A stretch of DNA of 63,543 nucleotides, counting the filler, from Basidioascus undulatus (Eukaryota): the NCBI GenBank assembly GCA_000826855.1. It is 7 parts of 7 records of this genome, joined end to end, with 100 filler letters (N's around TTAATTAATTAA, not from the genome) between each part and the next. Parts side by side here need not be neighbours in the genome. Positions count along the whole stretch, not along the records: positions 12,286 to 39,046 come from JTLS01000182.1; positions 39,147 to 45,172 come from JTLS01001820.1; positions 45,273 to 51,297 come from JTLS01001821.1; 4 more parts are not named here. The stretch is one strand, 5' to 3'. Positions 36,290-47,925 of the stretch are shown piece after piece (positions within the stretch are counted from its first letter, which is position 1; each line of letters begins with the position of its first letter). The notes beneath the pieces were generated by a model, which worked only from the letters and a program-made list of their open reading frames with translations, was not told the DNA's origin and did not search any database. The position numbers were made by a program, and so were the translations under genes.

Positions 36290-37223
36290 CTTCGTGCTCA
36301 CGGAACTCGTCCGGGAGATTTCCGCTTGTCTGACCCAGCCCTCGCGACGTGCTCGATGCACTCCTTGCGCTCACCCAAAGACCTTCGGGATATCACACTG
36401 CGGCATCTTTATGGCACCCTGGCCATCCAATCTCCCTCGGCGCTCAAACATCTTCCGCCCCCTGCTCGACTGCGCTATCTGACCTCTCTGTCATTGTGTG
36501 ATGCCGGAGTGCACGACATCGAATTCAAGGATCGGAAAGGGCCCCGCACTAATTACGCTCTGACCGAGTGTATGCTCAGCCTCTTGAAGCCTCCGACTCC
36601 CTGCTTCCGCCGGCTTACCATGGACTCGTGGAGCTTGAACGCGGTAACGAAGATCGACTCGTATTACCCTACTTATAGTAAAGTCCCCCCTCCAGGAGAG
36701 GTATTTGAAAGTACTCGCCTGCTTTCAGCTTGAGGAACTCGCGGTATTTCACTTTGGATACTCGCCCCGGTTACAGGGAAAAGGCCCTGAAGATGCTTCT
36801 CACGGCTGTATCGTCTCGACCCACGACTCTCAGCGGCTATGCGTGTTCCACGGGGCGCTAATACTCATGGACGATCATTCGAAGATCTTCAAGAAAATTA
36901 CCTCTCTCACTCACCTTGTGCTGGAAATCGGAACCAAGCCCACGGACGTTGATTTCTGCTTGACATACAAGCACATTCGATCTCTTCAGCGCGTCGTACT
37001 CGTCACTTTCAACTTGAAAGAACAGTTCACCCAACGACGCCTGCAGCTCTTCCAAGCGGCCATGCAGGGAAGCACCGCTCAGGTCGTGGTCCACACTTTT
37101 GATCCGCACCAGGAGGTGTCTCCCGAGCGTAACATCGAGATGATGCAGGCCAGGTTGATGGAGGGTACGATTTGGGTTTTGGATGACATCAGCTTGGACG
37201 AGGCTTTGCGTGTCGGTTGCTAG
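36290..37223 (+). pseudogene. F-box-like/LRR gene with frameshifts
   Basis: LTELVREISACLTQP/LATCS..LRDITLRHLYGTLAI..LRYLTSLSL/QLEELAV..ITSLTHLVL..SLQRVVLV..EGTIWVL spread over three frames. Confidence 0.6.
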
Positions 37224-37455
37224 TTGCTGCTGCAATGAACTACGGCGGAACGGGGAAGAAACTCTGCATGTTTACTTGCGACTTCGTTGGCAGGGATGAA
37301 TCTGCATATGACATCTTGGACGACCGGATAGGGCGGCAGCTTCGACTGGCAATTCAGCAGGCTCGTATCGAGGACAAGAACGTGTTTCTAGCTGTACCAC
37401 ACAGCGCAAGGCTTATCGAGATGCTTGCCTCCTGTACTTGTCATGACAGCCAACT

Positions 37456-38597
37456 CTACAAGAGCAGCAGCTCCCGCAGCAGCTCCCGCAGCAGCTCCCT
37501 CTCTTCTTCAAGCAGAACCTCCGCTCTCACAACGCTCTCCCCTATCCCCTCCGGTCCCGCAGCCCTCAGGCACCTCGCCCCCGCGTCGAGCAGCGCAACC
37601 TTGTGCGCCTCTTCCAGATACTCTGCCTGAAACTCCAAGGCGTTTATGAGCTCTCGATCGTGGGCCAGGAGCGCCAAACGGGAGAAGCCGGCTGTGCGGG
37701 GATATGCGGCGCGGTGGGACGAGAGGAGCTGCGTGATGAAGATGGAGAGGGAGGTGGCTTGGTCGGGGGCGACGTCGGGTGACAGGAGGGGGATGTGGAG
37801 GTGTGCAGCTTCAGAGGGGCATTTTGTTTCAGCTTCAAAGTTCATCAGTGCAGAAAAGCAGCCGTAAACTCACTCAACATCCCCATCTCGCTCCCCGCCG
37901 CCGACTCGCCTTCATACTCCCAATCCACGAGCCCCACCACGTCCTCCCCCACCAGCACCATCCCAAAGCACCTCTCCCCGTCCGCGTCCGGCACGCCTAA
38001 TGCGCTCAATAGCCGCCTCGGAAGGGGCGCGACGATCTCGCGCACGACGCGTGCGGAGTCGGAGTTCTCGAAGGGGCGGAAGGCCTCGTCTGGGAGATTG
38101 GTCGTCGACAGGTGCAGGTCCGCGAGGAACGACCCGAGCGCGGCGGCGGCTGCAGTGGGGGCGAAGATAGACAGGGACGGCAGAAGCGTCGGGAGCCGAC
38201 CAAGGTCCGAGATGATGAGGATGCTGTGCTCGGCGTCATGATGCAATAGCTGAGGGACGCATATCATGGGGTGCCTCTCAAGGAGCTTCGAAAGATCCGC
38301 CAGTGCGTGTCCGCTCTTGCCAGAAAACCGCTCCAGCGCCCGGGCCTCGACAGTCTGCCGCTGCGCGGACATTGCGTGCGCCGGACCGAGCGAGGCGACG
38401 TATGGCGGGGCGTGCTTGACTATGACGCTGCTGCGCGGGCTGGAGGGGAAGGAAGGGAATGCGACGGCGGGCGAGAAGACGGCGCGGAAGGTGTGGTTCG
38501 TGAGTCCGCCGTTGAGGGACTCGATCGAGATGGATTCGACGGGGATGCTGAGCAGGTTTGAAAGGTATGTGGGGAAGGAGAAGGGTTCGGGCGACAT
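37456..38597 (-). CDS. APH/PsiK (4-hydroxytryptamine kinase)-like phosphotransferase lacking its catalytic loop
   Basis: LNGGLTNHTFR (Gly loop), SVIVKHAPPYVA, RQTVEARAL, VPQLLHHD..LIISDLG, LGSFLADLH, LVDWE; one intron. CFGM is joined directly to VLV, with no GDLW motif. Confidence 0.75.
37464..37499 (+). repeat. 12-bp tandem repeat (GCAGCAGCTCCC) x3
   Basis: Encodes RELL-RELL-RELL at the kinase C-terminus on the minus strand. Confidence 0.85.
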
Positions 38598-39046
38598 TGT
38601 GGTTAGCGATATCGTTTTGGCAAGGGAAGGGAGGCAGAGGAAGTGAGCGAAGAAGACCACAGCGCATGCTCAGCCGGCCTCCGATTTTTCCAGGTCGCTG
38701 CGCTCACTTCCGATGACTTAGGTCTGACCGGCTCCTTGGTCTTGGCATGCAATATGATATTACTCTACACCGTGCGTACCATGTTTCATAGGAACACAGC
38801 ACGACACAAGGTAACGTTGGGCAACACCTCATCCAGACAGTCGAACAGCATGTGCACTTGGAGCACGCAGTTGCAGTCCTTCCCCGCGGGTATCCGTAGC
38901 AATGCGTCGTACTGTACATGAATCAAACAATCAAAAGTCCTCTCCCTCTGGGATCCTTCTCTCCTCTCCGTCCCTTCTCAACCCACTCCCACTCAAACCT
39001 CCACTGCCCCCGCCACCACCCCCAAAAGCAGACAGTCCGCCCTACC

Positions 39047-39146
39047 NNNNNNNNNNNNNNNNNNNNNNNNNNNNNNNNNNNNNNNNNNNNTTAATTAATT
39101 AANNNNNNNNNNNNNNNNNNNNNNNNNNNNNNNNNNNNNNNNNNNN
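39047..39146. other. Artificial contig-join spacer
   Basis: N44-TTAATTAATTAA-N44. Confidence 0.99.
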
Positions 39147-39731
39147 TGGCGGGCGTTCATAGACCGCTCTTACGCGGCCGCGTGCGCAGACAGTCTGACG
39201 CCCGATGATTCCTCCGACGCGACGGAGCGTGCGGCAGAGTACATCAGTCTTCCGTTGCACCCCGCCGCTGCCTCCTCTTCCTCCCCCTCCGACGCCGTCT
39301 CCCCGTCTTCCCCCGCGACCCGTCCGCCCTCGCCGCCCGGTGGCCGACCACTCTCCCGGAAACCCAGTTTCTCGAGCGTCAAGTCCTCGTCGAGCCGTCT
39401 CCGCCGCCGTACCTCGAGCCTAAAGGACGGTGGTGCGCCGCCGCCTATCCCGACTCGCGGGTCCAGCCTTCGCGCCCCTCCGCCCATGCCCAGGCGCGGG
39501 ACGGTCTCCGGCGCGGTACCCACGCTTACGCTCGCACCCGCTCCACCGCCCAAGTCCAAGCGCCCCTCCACCGCCAACGCCTCTGCACCCTCGCCTGCGG
39601 CACCTTCGGCGCCCTCATCCCCGCGCAAGGAGCTGCGCCGAACGGCGAGCACGAACGACGCGGCCCGTTTCCCCCCCTCTTCTTCGCCGAAGAAGCTGCC
39701 CTCTCGGATGGCTCTTCCTCTGTTTGGTTAA
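39147..39731 (+). CDS. C-terminal Ser/Pro-rich part of an unidentified gene (5'-truncated)
   Basis: Open frame from the contig edge: WRAFIDRSYAAAC..PPPIPTRGSSLR..RMALPLFG*; GC-rich coding-like composition. Confidence 0.6.
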   Translation, partial: WRAFIDRSYAAACADSLTPDDSSDATERAAEYISLPLHPAAASSSSPSDAVSPSSPATRPPSPPGGRPLSRKPSFSSVKSSSSRLRRRTSSLKDGGAPPPIPTRGSSLRAPPPMPRRGTVSGAVPTLTLAPAPPPKSKRPSTANASAPSPAAPSAPSSPRKELRRTASTNDAARFPPSSSPKKLPSRMALPLFG

Positions 39732-40204
39732 CTTTTTCGATTTCAACTATTCACACTCGTTTATCTCTTCGAGGGTTGCGTGTTTGGAGGATTTTGGTCG
39801 TCGCTCATTTGACTTTGTATTCCCCTGTACTACCACGATACCCATTTTGCCACAAAAACATGCACCGAACGCGGTCTTTGCTGAAGCTGGATGCGCCTTC
39901 TTCCATATGGCCGGCCGTCTTGATCGTAGATGAAAAGACGCAGGTGGTAGAGCGAAGCGGACCCCAGCAGCATCGCAGTCACTCCGACTGTACCTAGACA
40001 GGCGGGGGGCACGGCCGTTGTAATGAAGGACACCGTGTCTTCTTTGAATTTATTGCATTATATTGCCTATTCAAGACTACAGCCAGGCGAGCGAGCGGGT
40101 TCTAGGGTAGTCACCGGTACGTAAACGATAAGGTCCGGTCAGAGATTACGTCCCGATCCCAAGACACGCTCTTAGCTGCCGGAGTGCCCGCACCCATCTC
40201 GCCC

Positions 40205-40210
40205 TATAAA
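40205..40210 (+). promoter_or_regulatory. TATA box
   Basis: TATAAA 60 nt upstream of the DUF3445 ATG. Confidence 0.45.
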
Positions 40211-40264
40211 TCATGGCCGCCTCCATTCTTCTGCAATGATCACCGAATAACGGTCACCGTCACG

Positions 40265-42096
40265 ATGCCTACTAAGGACATCTTCATCTTGTGTGGACTT
40301 GCAGCACTCTGCGTCGGCCTCGCTTTCCGCTCCCAGCTGCTTCAGTTCCTGGGCAGGTCGCAGACGACGCCCGGTACACCTGGGCTGGAGAAGGGCCAGC
40401 TTGCGGAAGAGGATATAAAGCCGAAAGGTGCGTACATGCACAACCTGGATGGACCAAGTCGTGCACGAGAAGGCTTACAATGCGTGGCGGGTCGAGTACG
40501 CAGCTGAGAAACCCGAGCTGCCCTTACCCGACCCAACACCCTACCCGAACTTCGATCTCAAGACCGCCAAGACTCGTAACTACATCCACGAGAACAAGTG
40601 TCTCCGATGCCCGTACTTCCAGGTATGCTCAGCAGTCTCCTCCGTTCCTCCCGCATGACATTTGACCTAGCCTTCCCTGCTAGACCATGTCCCACCAGCC
40701 GATGGACATCAACCACTGGATCGAGATCGATAAAGATTACGAGTGGCACCTCTCCGAGAAGAAACGCGTCGTCGAAGAGCATGGAAAAGTTGTACTCGAC
40801 GCGCTGCCTGAGGCGGAGGAGGGCTGCTTGGAGCTCCTCGAGACTGTCGTCGACTGGCTTCAGAAGCGATACCCGTGAGTGCGGAAAGTCTTGAAGTGAC
40901 ATCCCACACACTCTGATCCTTACAATCACCCAGTACACTGTTCGAACGCACTCCCGAAGGCTTTCACAGCCGTGTGACGGGCGAGTCTCTCAACACTGTC
41001 CAGCGTCCGGTCGGCGCGCAGGCGCTGCAGATCATCTCCAGGTAAGACCGAATCTCTAGTATCCGAAGCGAACATAGGTAGACTAACTCAGAAGAACTCC
41101 AGGCTGGTTGCGTAAAGCATTTCTAGGCTGTGTCTTCGCCGTGATGCGTATTGACAAGTGGGCCTTCACAGGTCCGACTTCCTCCTTGGCCGCGAGCGGG
41201 AAGACGGGCATGTCTACTTTGTTGGCGGGATCGTGGCTTTCCCTGGTCTGTCTTTCACTTGCATCTTGATTCAGTTCCGTCTGACCGGTGGCCGCTGCGC
41301 AGGCTTCTACCTCCTCTCCGAGAAAATCAACAAGTCCTTGTGGGACGTGCACGAGCCGGTTCCGCAGTTCAACGAGAAGCTGCACTTCTCTGTAGAGCGG
41401 TAGGCATTCCCACCCGAGCATTGAACTACCCGTGATATGGCTGACCTGAACCTTTATGCACAGGTTTCTGAAGCGTCTGCGTTCGGATGGGCCGATGGAG
41501 CGGGCGTCCTGGGAGATCGTAGACGATAATAACCTGTTCTGGCACAACATGGCGAATCTGTAAGAGAAACTCTGGTTCTTCTCTTGATGCATCTTCGGGA
41601 CTAATCCTGTATCATAGGCATGGCACTGGCAAGCAGGTTGACGTCCACCCTGGCGACCTGTACTTCCGCATTGACCGCCGTACGCTTTCCGTTAACGCTG
41701 CACAACATCGATGGTCCTTGCTAAATTAGATTCTCATCATATTTAGAGACTTTCCGCAAGCTCCCAAAATCGCGTCTCATAATTTTCGGTGTGCCGCTCT
41801 CCCATTTCTCGACTCGCCAGTCGCAGGCTCATTCCTTCCCCCCAACCCCCGCAGGCGTGCACCCACTCCTGCGCAAGATCAAGACGATGGCAGACGACCC
41901 ATTGGTCCCCGCGCTGCTGGCCAAGGTACACGAAGAGTCTGCCAAAGACCTGATGCACTACAAGGTCGCCCCCGCGTACCAGGAGAGACTGCTGCCCTAC
42001 TTGGCAGAGCTCACGCAGAGCCAGATCGATAGGGGGCTGATGACTGACGTGCATATACTCTTTATTATTTATGATGTTTATGGAATCGCATGCTGA
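40265..42096 (+). CDS. DUF3445 / heme-dependent oxidative N-demethylase alpha-subunit-like protein with N-terminal membrane anchor
   Basis: PYFQ-TMSHQPMDINHWIEIDKDY, ELLETVVDWLQKRYP-TLF, DFLL..YFVGGIVAFP-GFYLLSEKINKSLWDVHEPVP, LYFRID..TFRKLPKSRLIIFG-VHP; about 10 introns. Confidence 0.85.
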
Positions 42097-42740
42097 TTTG
42101 AAAGTGGGTGCAGGGCGAGGACGTGAGACTATTCAGAGAAGCCCGCTGGAGGAAGCCGGTTGAGAAAACGGAGGCTTGACCGAGGAGAACCATGGGCGGA
42201 AGATGGGGACGGCAATTTGATTTCTTTTGATAGTTTGGAACGGTATTCATGTGAACTCAAGCTATCTGTGTACAGTCATGGGCACGACTTTGATCTCAAC
42301 GTGCTAAGCGCAATCTGAGGAAAGCACAATCTGAGAGAAGCAGCGTAAGTACTTCAGACTGGCACTGGACCAGCTCAGTCAATGGATTTGATGTCCAAAA
42401 GAGCACGTGTTGCACCCAGGTAGAAAACCCGAGGAAAGAGAGAAGCGGCACGAGGTACGGCCTCGTCGAGTGCACTGACGTGCACTTTGGCTCTTCGTTG
42501 AGTCAGCTTGTTTATGAAGGTGGTTCTTTGTGCTGTACATGCTTCACTGCAGAGGGACTCAAGGATGCGAAGAACGGGCGCAACCGGTACGCGAAGTACG
42601 CCTGAAAAACATACCAGATGCGGTACGTCCGTGGACCTCCCTGCTGCTGCTCCCTCAAACGCTCCACAACGCTCCTTGTATTCTCTCCTCCATCCCCTCA
42701 CCGTCTTTCCGCTCAGCACATAACTAACACTCTCGCCAGC

Positions 42741-43900
42741 ATGCTCTTCATCTTCCGCCCGAGATGCTCACCCACATCTTCGAATTCGCAACGGCTGAAC
42801 GCGAGGACTGGTATGATGAGATCACAACGAAGTCAACGCACCGCACGCATGCTTGTCTGCAAAGAGTGGACCGTGAGTCCTTTCATTTTTTTCCTGATTC
42901 TCCTCAGCGGACTTTTGGAGACCGTGATTCAAATCTCTGCAGTGCCTCGCGCGGCCTTGCCTTTAACGCTACATTGTCATCGATGACTCACAGCATCTGC
43001 GTTGAATCGCATCTATCCTCTCGACTTCGCATTTTCGAGGCTTCCGACCAGGACTTCTCAAGCACTATCTTCACATTTTAATCGAAGGCCGCACCGGCAG
43101 CGCTGAGCTGATTGGGCGTTCTGCGTCTTCTGTCCGCGGCTCACGGTCCTCAGCCTCGACACTCCCCCCAGAACAAGACTTCCGCCTTTTGCGCTGGTCA
43201 CTATCAAGACTGCACTGTGCACCACCGTCCGTGCTCTGCGTGGAGTCAATCTGAGCAACCTCGACTTGCGCAAATAGTCTCCTTTCTCAACTCTTTCGAA
43301 CTTCTCGAAGAACTGGAGGTCATCCTTGGCACATCACAGGACTCGGACGAGGTTCCTGAACCTTTCAATCTGCCGCGCCTCACAACCCTCACGCCCAGGT
43401 TCAGCTCGTCCGCGACACCTTTCTTCGTATCCTTGCGGCTTCAAGTCTGTTCCGCTTTCGTCTCCGCTATAGCCATGATGAACGTTCCAACCCTGCTTCT
43501 CAGGCTGTAATTCATTGTTTTGGCAGTCAGTTGCAGCGCCTCTGCTTCCTGTGCAACGCCTTTGACCTCATTCCCGTTCTCGCCCAAACCTGCGCTCACC
43601 TGTCATCATTCAGGACAAACGCCTGCGAGCTCACGCGCGACTCGAGATTAATCACTCAAATTGTAAGTGCTGGAGATCGAAGAGATTGAAGGACTACATT
43701 TCGAAGCGGTTTCAGCGGTCTTCGACGCCTTCGATCGGCGCCGTCTCCCCAAGCTCACCACTGTCATACTGAGCGAGTACGATTTGACAACCCGGATGAC
43801 ACCGGACCGGTGCGCATGCTTACTGGCTTGCCCGCATGAGCATATTACTGGGTCGGAAGAGCATCGAGATTTGTGACGGCGAGGGACATGTAATGGGGAT
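42741..43900 (+). pseudogene. F-box-like/LRR pseudogene
   Basis: LPPEMLTHIFEFA/MLVCKEWT; intron; RPCL*RYIVI; FELLEELEV; LPRLTTL; LPKLTTVIL; stops and frameshifts. Confidence 0.7.
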
Positions 43901-45020
43901 AACGCGTGCTTGATACACAGGTTGGCAACGATTGCAGCCTATGAGTGTGCAAGACGAGGCAATATAATCGTGGATTTACCATGCATCTGGACGTGTAGTA
44001 CCGTAATTCAGGTTGGTTCACTCCCGCCCGTCTTGAATCCCCATTTTATGTTTTAAAATGGTGCGTACGCCAAGGGTGCCTGCCTGACTTGCAGCGTCGT
44101 TCGCCATGATCGACTGCGACATGCATCGTTGAAGGTCAGCACAGGCATTTCGTAGCTGTGATTATGGATATTTCCGGATTGTTTCTGAAACTTCTACAAC
44201 ACTTGAGGGGTATAAGAGGCCGGGCGTGCTGAATGAGTCTTGACCCACATGCACTCACAGTCCATAGGATAGTGTACGCCACCCTAACGGGCCACCTGCA
44301 CTCACCGTTGCGTTTGCGAGTGCTTCCTCCACCGCGCCTCGGTGGAACCCCCAACAGCGCTTGCTGGCATTTGTTCAGATACCGAAGCACGGTGTTTCTG
44401 CATTGAAGTAAAACTGCGTTGCTGTCAAGTGAACTGCACGCTTTCAGCCAGCGCGATCCCGACGCACTACCGCCTTATTCCCTACCCCACCCCATCTTCC
44501 GTTGCCAATCATTCACAACACGCTGCGCAGTCAACCACCACACCATCCCCCAGCCTGAGAAGTCACCCGACCGACAGTCCATCATTCGCATCAATCGAAG
44601 CAGTAGTACATGCATCCTATCTCACAGGCAATGCAACAAGCGCCTCCCCACCGTCCCCTCCTTCCTCTCCCCCTCGACCGCCCAAAGACGCGTCACAAAG
44701 AGAAACCAACGTTGAAGGTACTCGAACAAGTCCGGGAACATGCGGGTGATAGACGCGCGTTCGAGAAACAGGAAGTAAGAGCGCGAAGCCCGGAGCGCAT
44801 GGAAGACGGAGAGGGGGAAAGCGAAGACGAAGACGAAGAGACGAAAGGACGTCTATAGATAGCGAGCGAGAGAGCGAGAAGTGTCCATGAGCAAGGGCAA
44901 GGAAATCCGACGGAGAAACAATGAAAGAAAGACGAAAAGCCCCAGAGAAATAAAGGTAAAGATAGAAGATACACAACACTTGAACGAAGCGAAAAAGGCA
45001 ACACCCTTCTTCTCTTCCCC

Positions 45021-45172
45021 TCAACCCGCCGATGACGGATCCCTAAACGGGTCCTCCCCACTCGCATCACTCACCTTCATCCTCTCATCCGGGTTGGCCA
45101 CCCGCAACCCGCCCATCCTCGGCACCACCGCAAAGCCATACGCCCCCGTCCCCTTCCCCAGCCCGCCCGCCA
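45021..45172 (-). CDS. 3' end of an unidentified gene (truncated by contig end)
   Basis: GGLGKGTGAYGFAVVPRMGGLRVANPDERMKVSDASGEDPFRDPSSAG*. Confidence 0.4.
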
Positions 45173-45272
45173 NNNNNNNNNNNNNNNNNNNNNNNNNNNN
45201 NNNNNNNNNNNNNNNNTTAATTAATTAANNNNNNNNNNNNNNNNNNNNNNNNNNNNNNNNNNNNNNNNNNNN
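45173..45272. other. Artificial contig-join spacer
   Basis: N44-TTAATTAATTAA-N44. Confidence 0.99.
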
Positions 45273-45760
45273 GCTCAGCGCCTGAAGCAGCTGCATGAAC
45301 CGGGGGAAGCCAGCTTCCCCCTCCGGCGCTCTAGGAGCGTCTGGGAGAGCGCTACGACATCAGGCGGAAGGAGCTCCGGCCGGAGGAGGGACGTGAAGAT
45401 CCGGAATGGGGTGAGTTTATCGGTCGACGTGGGCCGGAAGGCCGTAGCATGCACCGGGAGCCCAGCGACAGAGAGGTCGTAGTACGCCACATGGTCCATT
45501 CCGAGCACTTCGAACAAGCGCGTGAGAAGCCGCAGCTCTTCAGGCGTCCCCACCCGGATGGCACCATGTCGCTCGAGGGACAGGCGCGCCTGTTCGGACG
45601 CGGAGAGGAGCGCGTAGGAGGGGGTGGAGAGGTTGATCTGGTGCACGAGGGAGAGGAGGGAGCCGTATAGCAGCACTTCGGTGCGGTACATTGAGGAGAG
45701 GGAGGAGACGAAGGTCGCTCGGAGGGAAGACGCGGGGAGCAGGGGCGCGGAAGATGACAT
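45273..45760 (-). CDS. 2-oxoadipate dioxygenase/decarboxylase HglS/YdcJ (DUF1338)-like, N-terminal part
   Basis: LRATFVSSLSSMYRTEV.LYG, RLSLERHGAIRVGTPEEL, LGM..VAYYDLSVAGLPVHATAFRP, PFRIFTSLLRPELL; no intron in the visible part. Confidence 0.9.
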
Positions 45761-46653
45761 GGTGATCAGTGTGTTGAAGGGTTAGTGGACGAGTACGGGG
45801 CTATACGTTCCACTGCGTCGACGGGAAGGTGGACTGAGAGTGGGGAAGAAATTTGAAAGAGGGCGACGAGGCTCGATGAGCGAGTTATCAATGTGAGTGC
45901 ATACGGCCCTGGGCAGCGTGCCTCCGACAAGGAGTCGGATAAGCGTTGCAAGCGCTTGACTCGGTTGGCAGTGACACCCATCTGGGACTGTACATATGCC
46001 GAGAACCCCAGTGCTCAAATGTTGAGCTGCTATGCGTCGGTTAACGAAGAAAGAGGGCTGCACGAAGCACGCGCTCGGAGAGACGGTGAACGTTGAAGAG
46101 AATAGAAGCTGGGTCTGCCTTCTTTTCCGTTCCTTGAGCTCGGGCCTGATTGGGAATAGCTAGATTTAGGTCCTGCTCTTCATGTCTCTTTGTTGCATTG
46201 AAGGAGTCCAAGGAACCAGAATGTCAAATGCGAAGACCTTCCACGGGACATCTTGTGAGGGCAGTCCTTTCTTGCGTTCGGTTTCCGTACGTAACAGGCC
46301 GTCCTCGCGCCTGCAACCTGCGTCGACCACGCTGTACCAAGCGACAAGCACATGCTGGAACAATACGAAAGAGAATAGCATAGATACCATAGTACAACGA
46401 CGTGGTATGAGCGGAAAGAGACGGCAGAACAGCGAAGCTACAAGAGTGTGTGCGTGGAGAAGGCGTGACGGGGCGTGTACAGTTCCTGGTATGCGATGCG
46501 GGTACAGAGGGTCCAGCGGGAGTGAACGGGGCATGTGAGGTAGAGAATGAGACTCTGTGCGATGCGATGAGGGCGGAAAGGTCCTGCACGAGCTCCCGCA
46601 AGTGAGCCTCTGCGATCAAACGTCCGAAAGCAGGACGGCTGGCTCACCTTGCC

Positions 46654-47013
46654 TCAACCCCGCCCCAAAATGCCGCCCTTCCCCCGGATGCTCGTACTCC
46701 GCCCGACACGCTCCTCAACCTGGCTGCCGCTCCGCTCCCTTGCGGAAGCCTCCATCTCGCGACGGGCGGACTCCCACAGCTGTTCGGTGTATCGGCGGAG
46801 GTTGTTGGAGTCTGTTGTGTCCGCCACCCGCCGTCCGTTCAGCAAGAGTGTCTAAGGTAAGGAGAGAAGAAGTCAAGAAAGAGGGTACACACATGTTCTC
46901 CGGGCCGCCATGGGGTCGTCCGCGCCGAAGGGTGGCGTGTACGGCGGCGTCGGGGTTGTGGGCGTGGGGGAGAGTGCCGATCCGGACGCGGCGAGGTGGG
47001 ACGCGGTCGCCAT
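46654..47013 (-). CDS. Small Pro/Thr-rich hypothetical protein (possibly disrupted)
   Basis: MATASHLAASGSALSPTPTTPTPPYTPPFG.., GT-AG intron, then RRYTEQLWESARREME; splice phase uncertain. Confidence 0.3.
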
Positions 47014-47925
47014 GGTAGTTCTATGTGATATTAATGCGTTGTTTTATTGAATGGGATGCGTGCAAGACGCGGTATGTGTCGAAGAAACAGAAGGACAGAG
47101 GTGAGGAGGTCAAGGTGAGCGAGCGAGAGAAGACGGGGCATCGGCCCACTTATCGCAGTCCTGTCATCTCACGATCGCGCACGCACGTCGCGCGCATTTC
47201 CCAAGCCTCAATAATTCGCCCACTACGCTCATTAGCGTTTCTCCTAAACCAGGAAAACAAAGATAAGCCCGCGTGCTACACACTAGCATCGATCGTATCG
47301 GCATGGGCGTAGCCAGTGACGTACAAAGTTGCGTCACCATCCTCGGTGAGCGAACTGAGCACAGCGAAGGGCGCCGTTGAGGGGGAAGACTCCGACGAAG
47401 ACTTGGGTGCGACTTGCATAGCTGTGCGCGGGCGCGTTTGACAGTATTGCGTCGCAGGCTGATGCCAGCGACAAAAAAAAATTGATGTAGACCCTCCCGC
47501 CGAACAAGCAATAGTCGTCGAAGAAGCACCTCACCCACACCGCGAACAATGTGTCGAAACTCGATGCATGCATGCAGCTAGTATGGTTCAATGCAAGGCT
47601 CGCAACTCAAGCGATCAGAAATCAAAGAAGGAAAGTCAAAGTCGAATCTCGAACGAATCAGGAAAAGAAGAAAGTGGGGTATCCGGCCGGTCAGGGCGGA
47701 GCGAAGGTGCGAAAGTGCAGAAGTGGAGGTGCAAAGTGCGAAGCATAAAAAACTACATGAAGAAGTAGTGTCAAAGTGCGCCCCTCAGGAGGGCTGAAGC
47801 GAGATGGGGCGATGATGCGGACGTATAAAAAGGGCTCGAAAATAGCGGGTCGGGTCGGGTGCGTGTTCGGTTCGGAAAGGTACGTCGGGGTCGAGAAAGA
47901 TGGAACGAGGAAGGTGGTCGCCGTC

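Noticed and set aside
37456..38597. Psilocybin biosynthesis cluster
   Set aside because: Only a PsiK-fold gene is present. No PsiD/PsiM/PsiH-like neighbours were seen and the catalytic loop is missing.
38920..39046. Trp-rich minus-strand frame at the contig end (VCFWGWWRGQWRFEWEWVE)
   Set aside because: It may be the tail of a truncated gene, but about 40 codons in low-complexity DNA cannot support a call.
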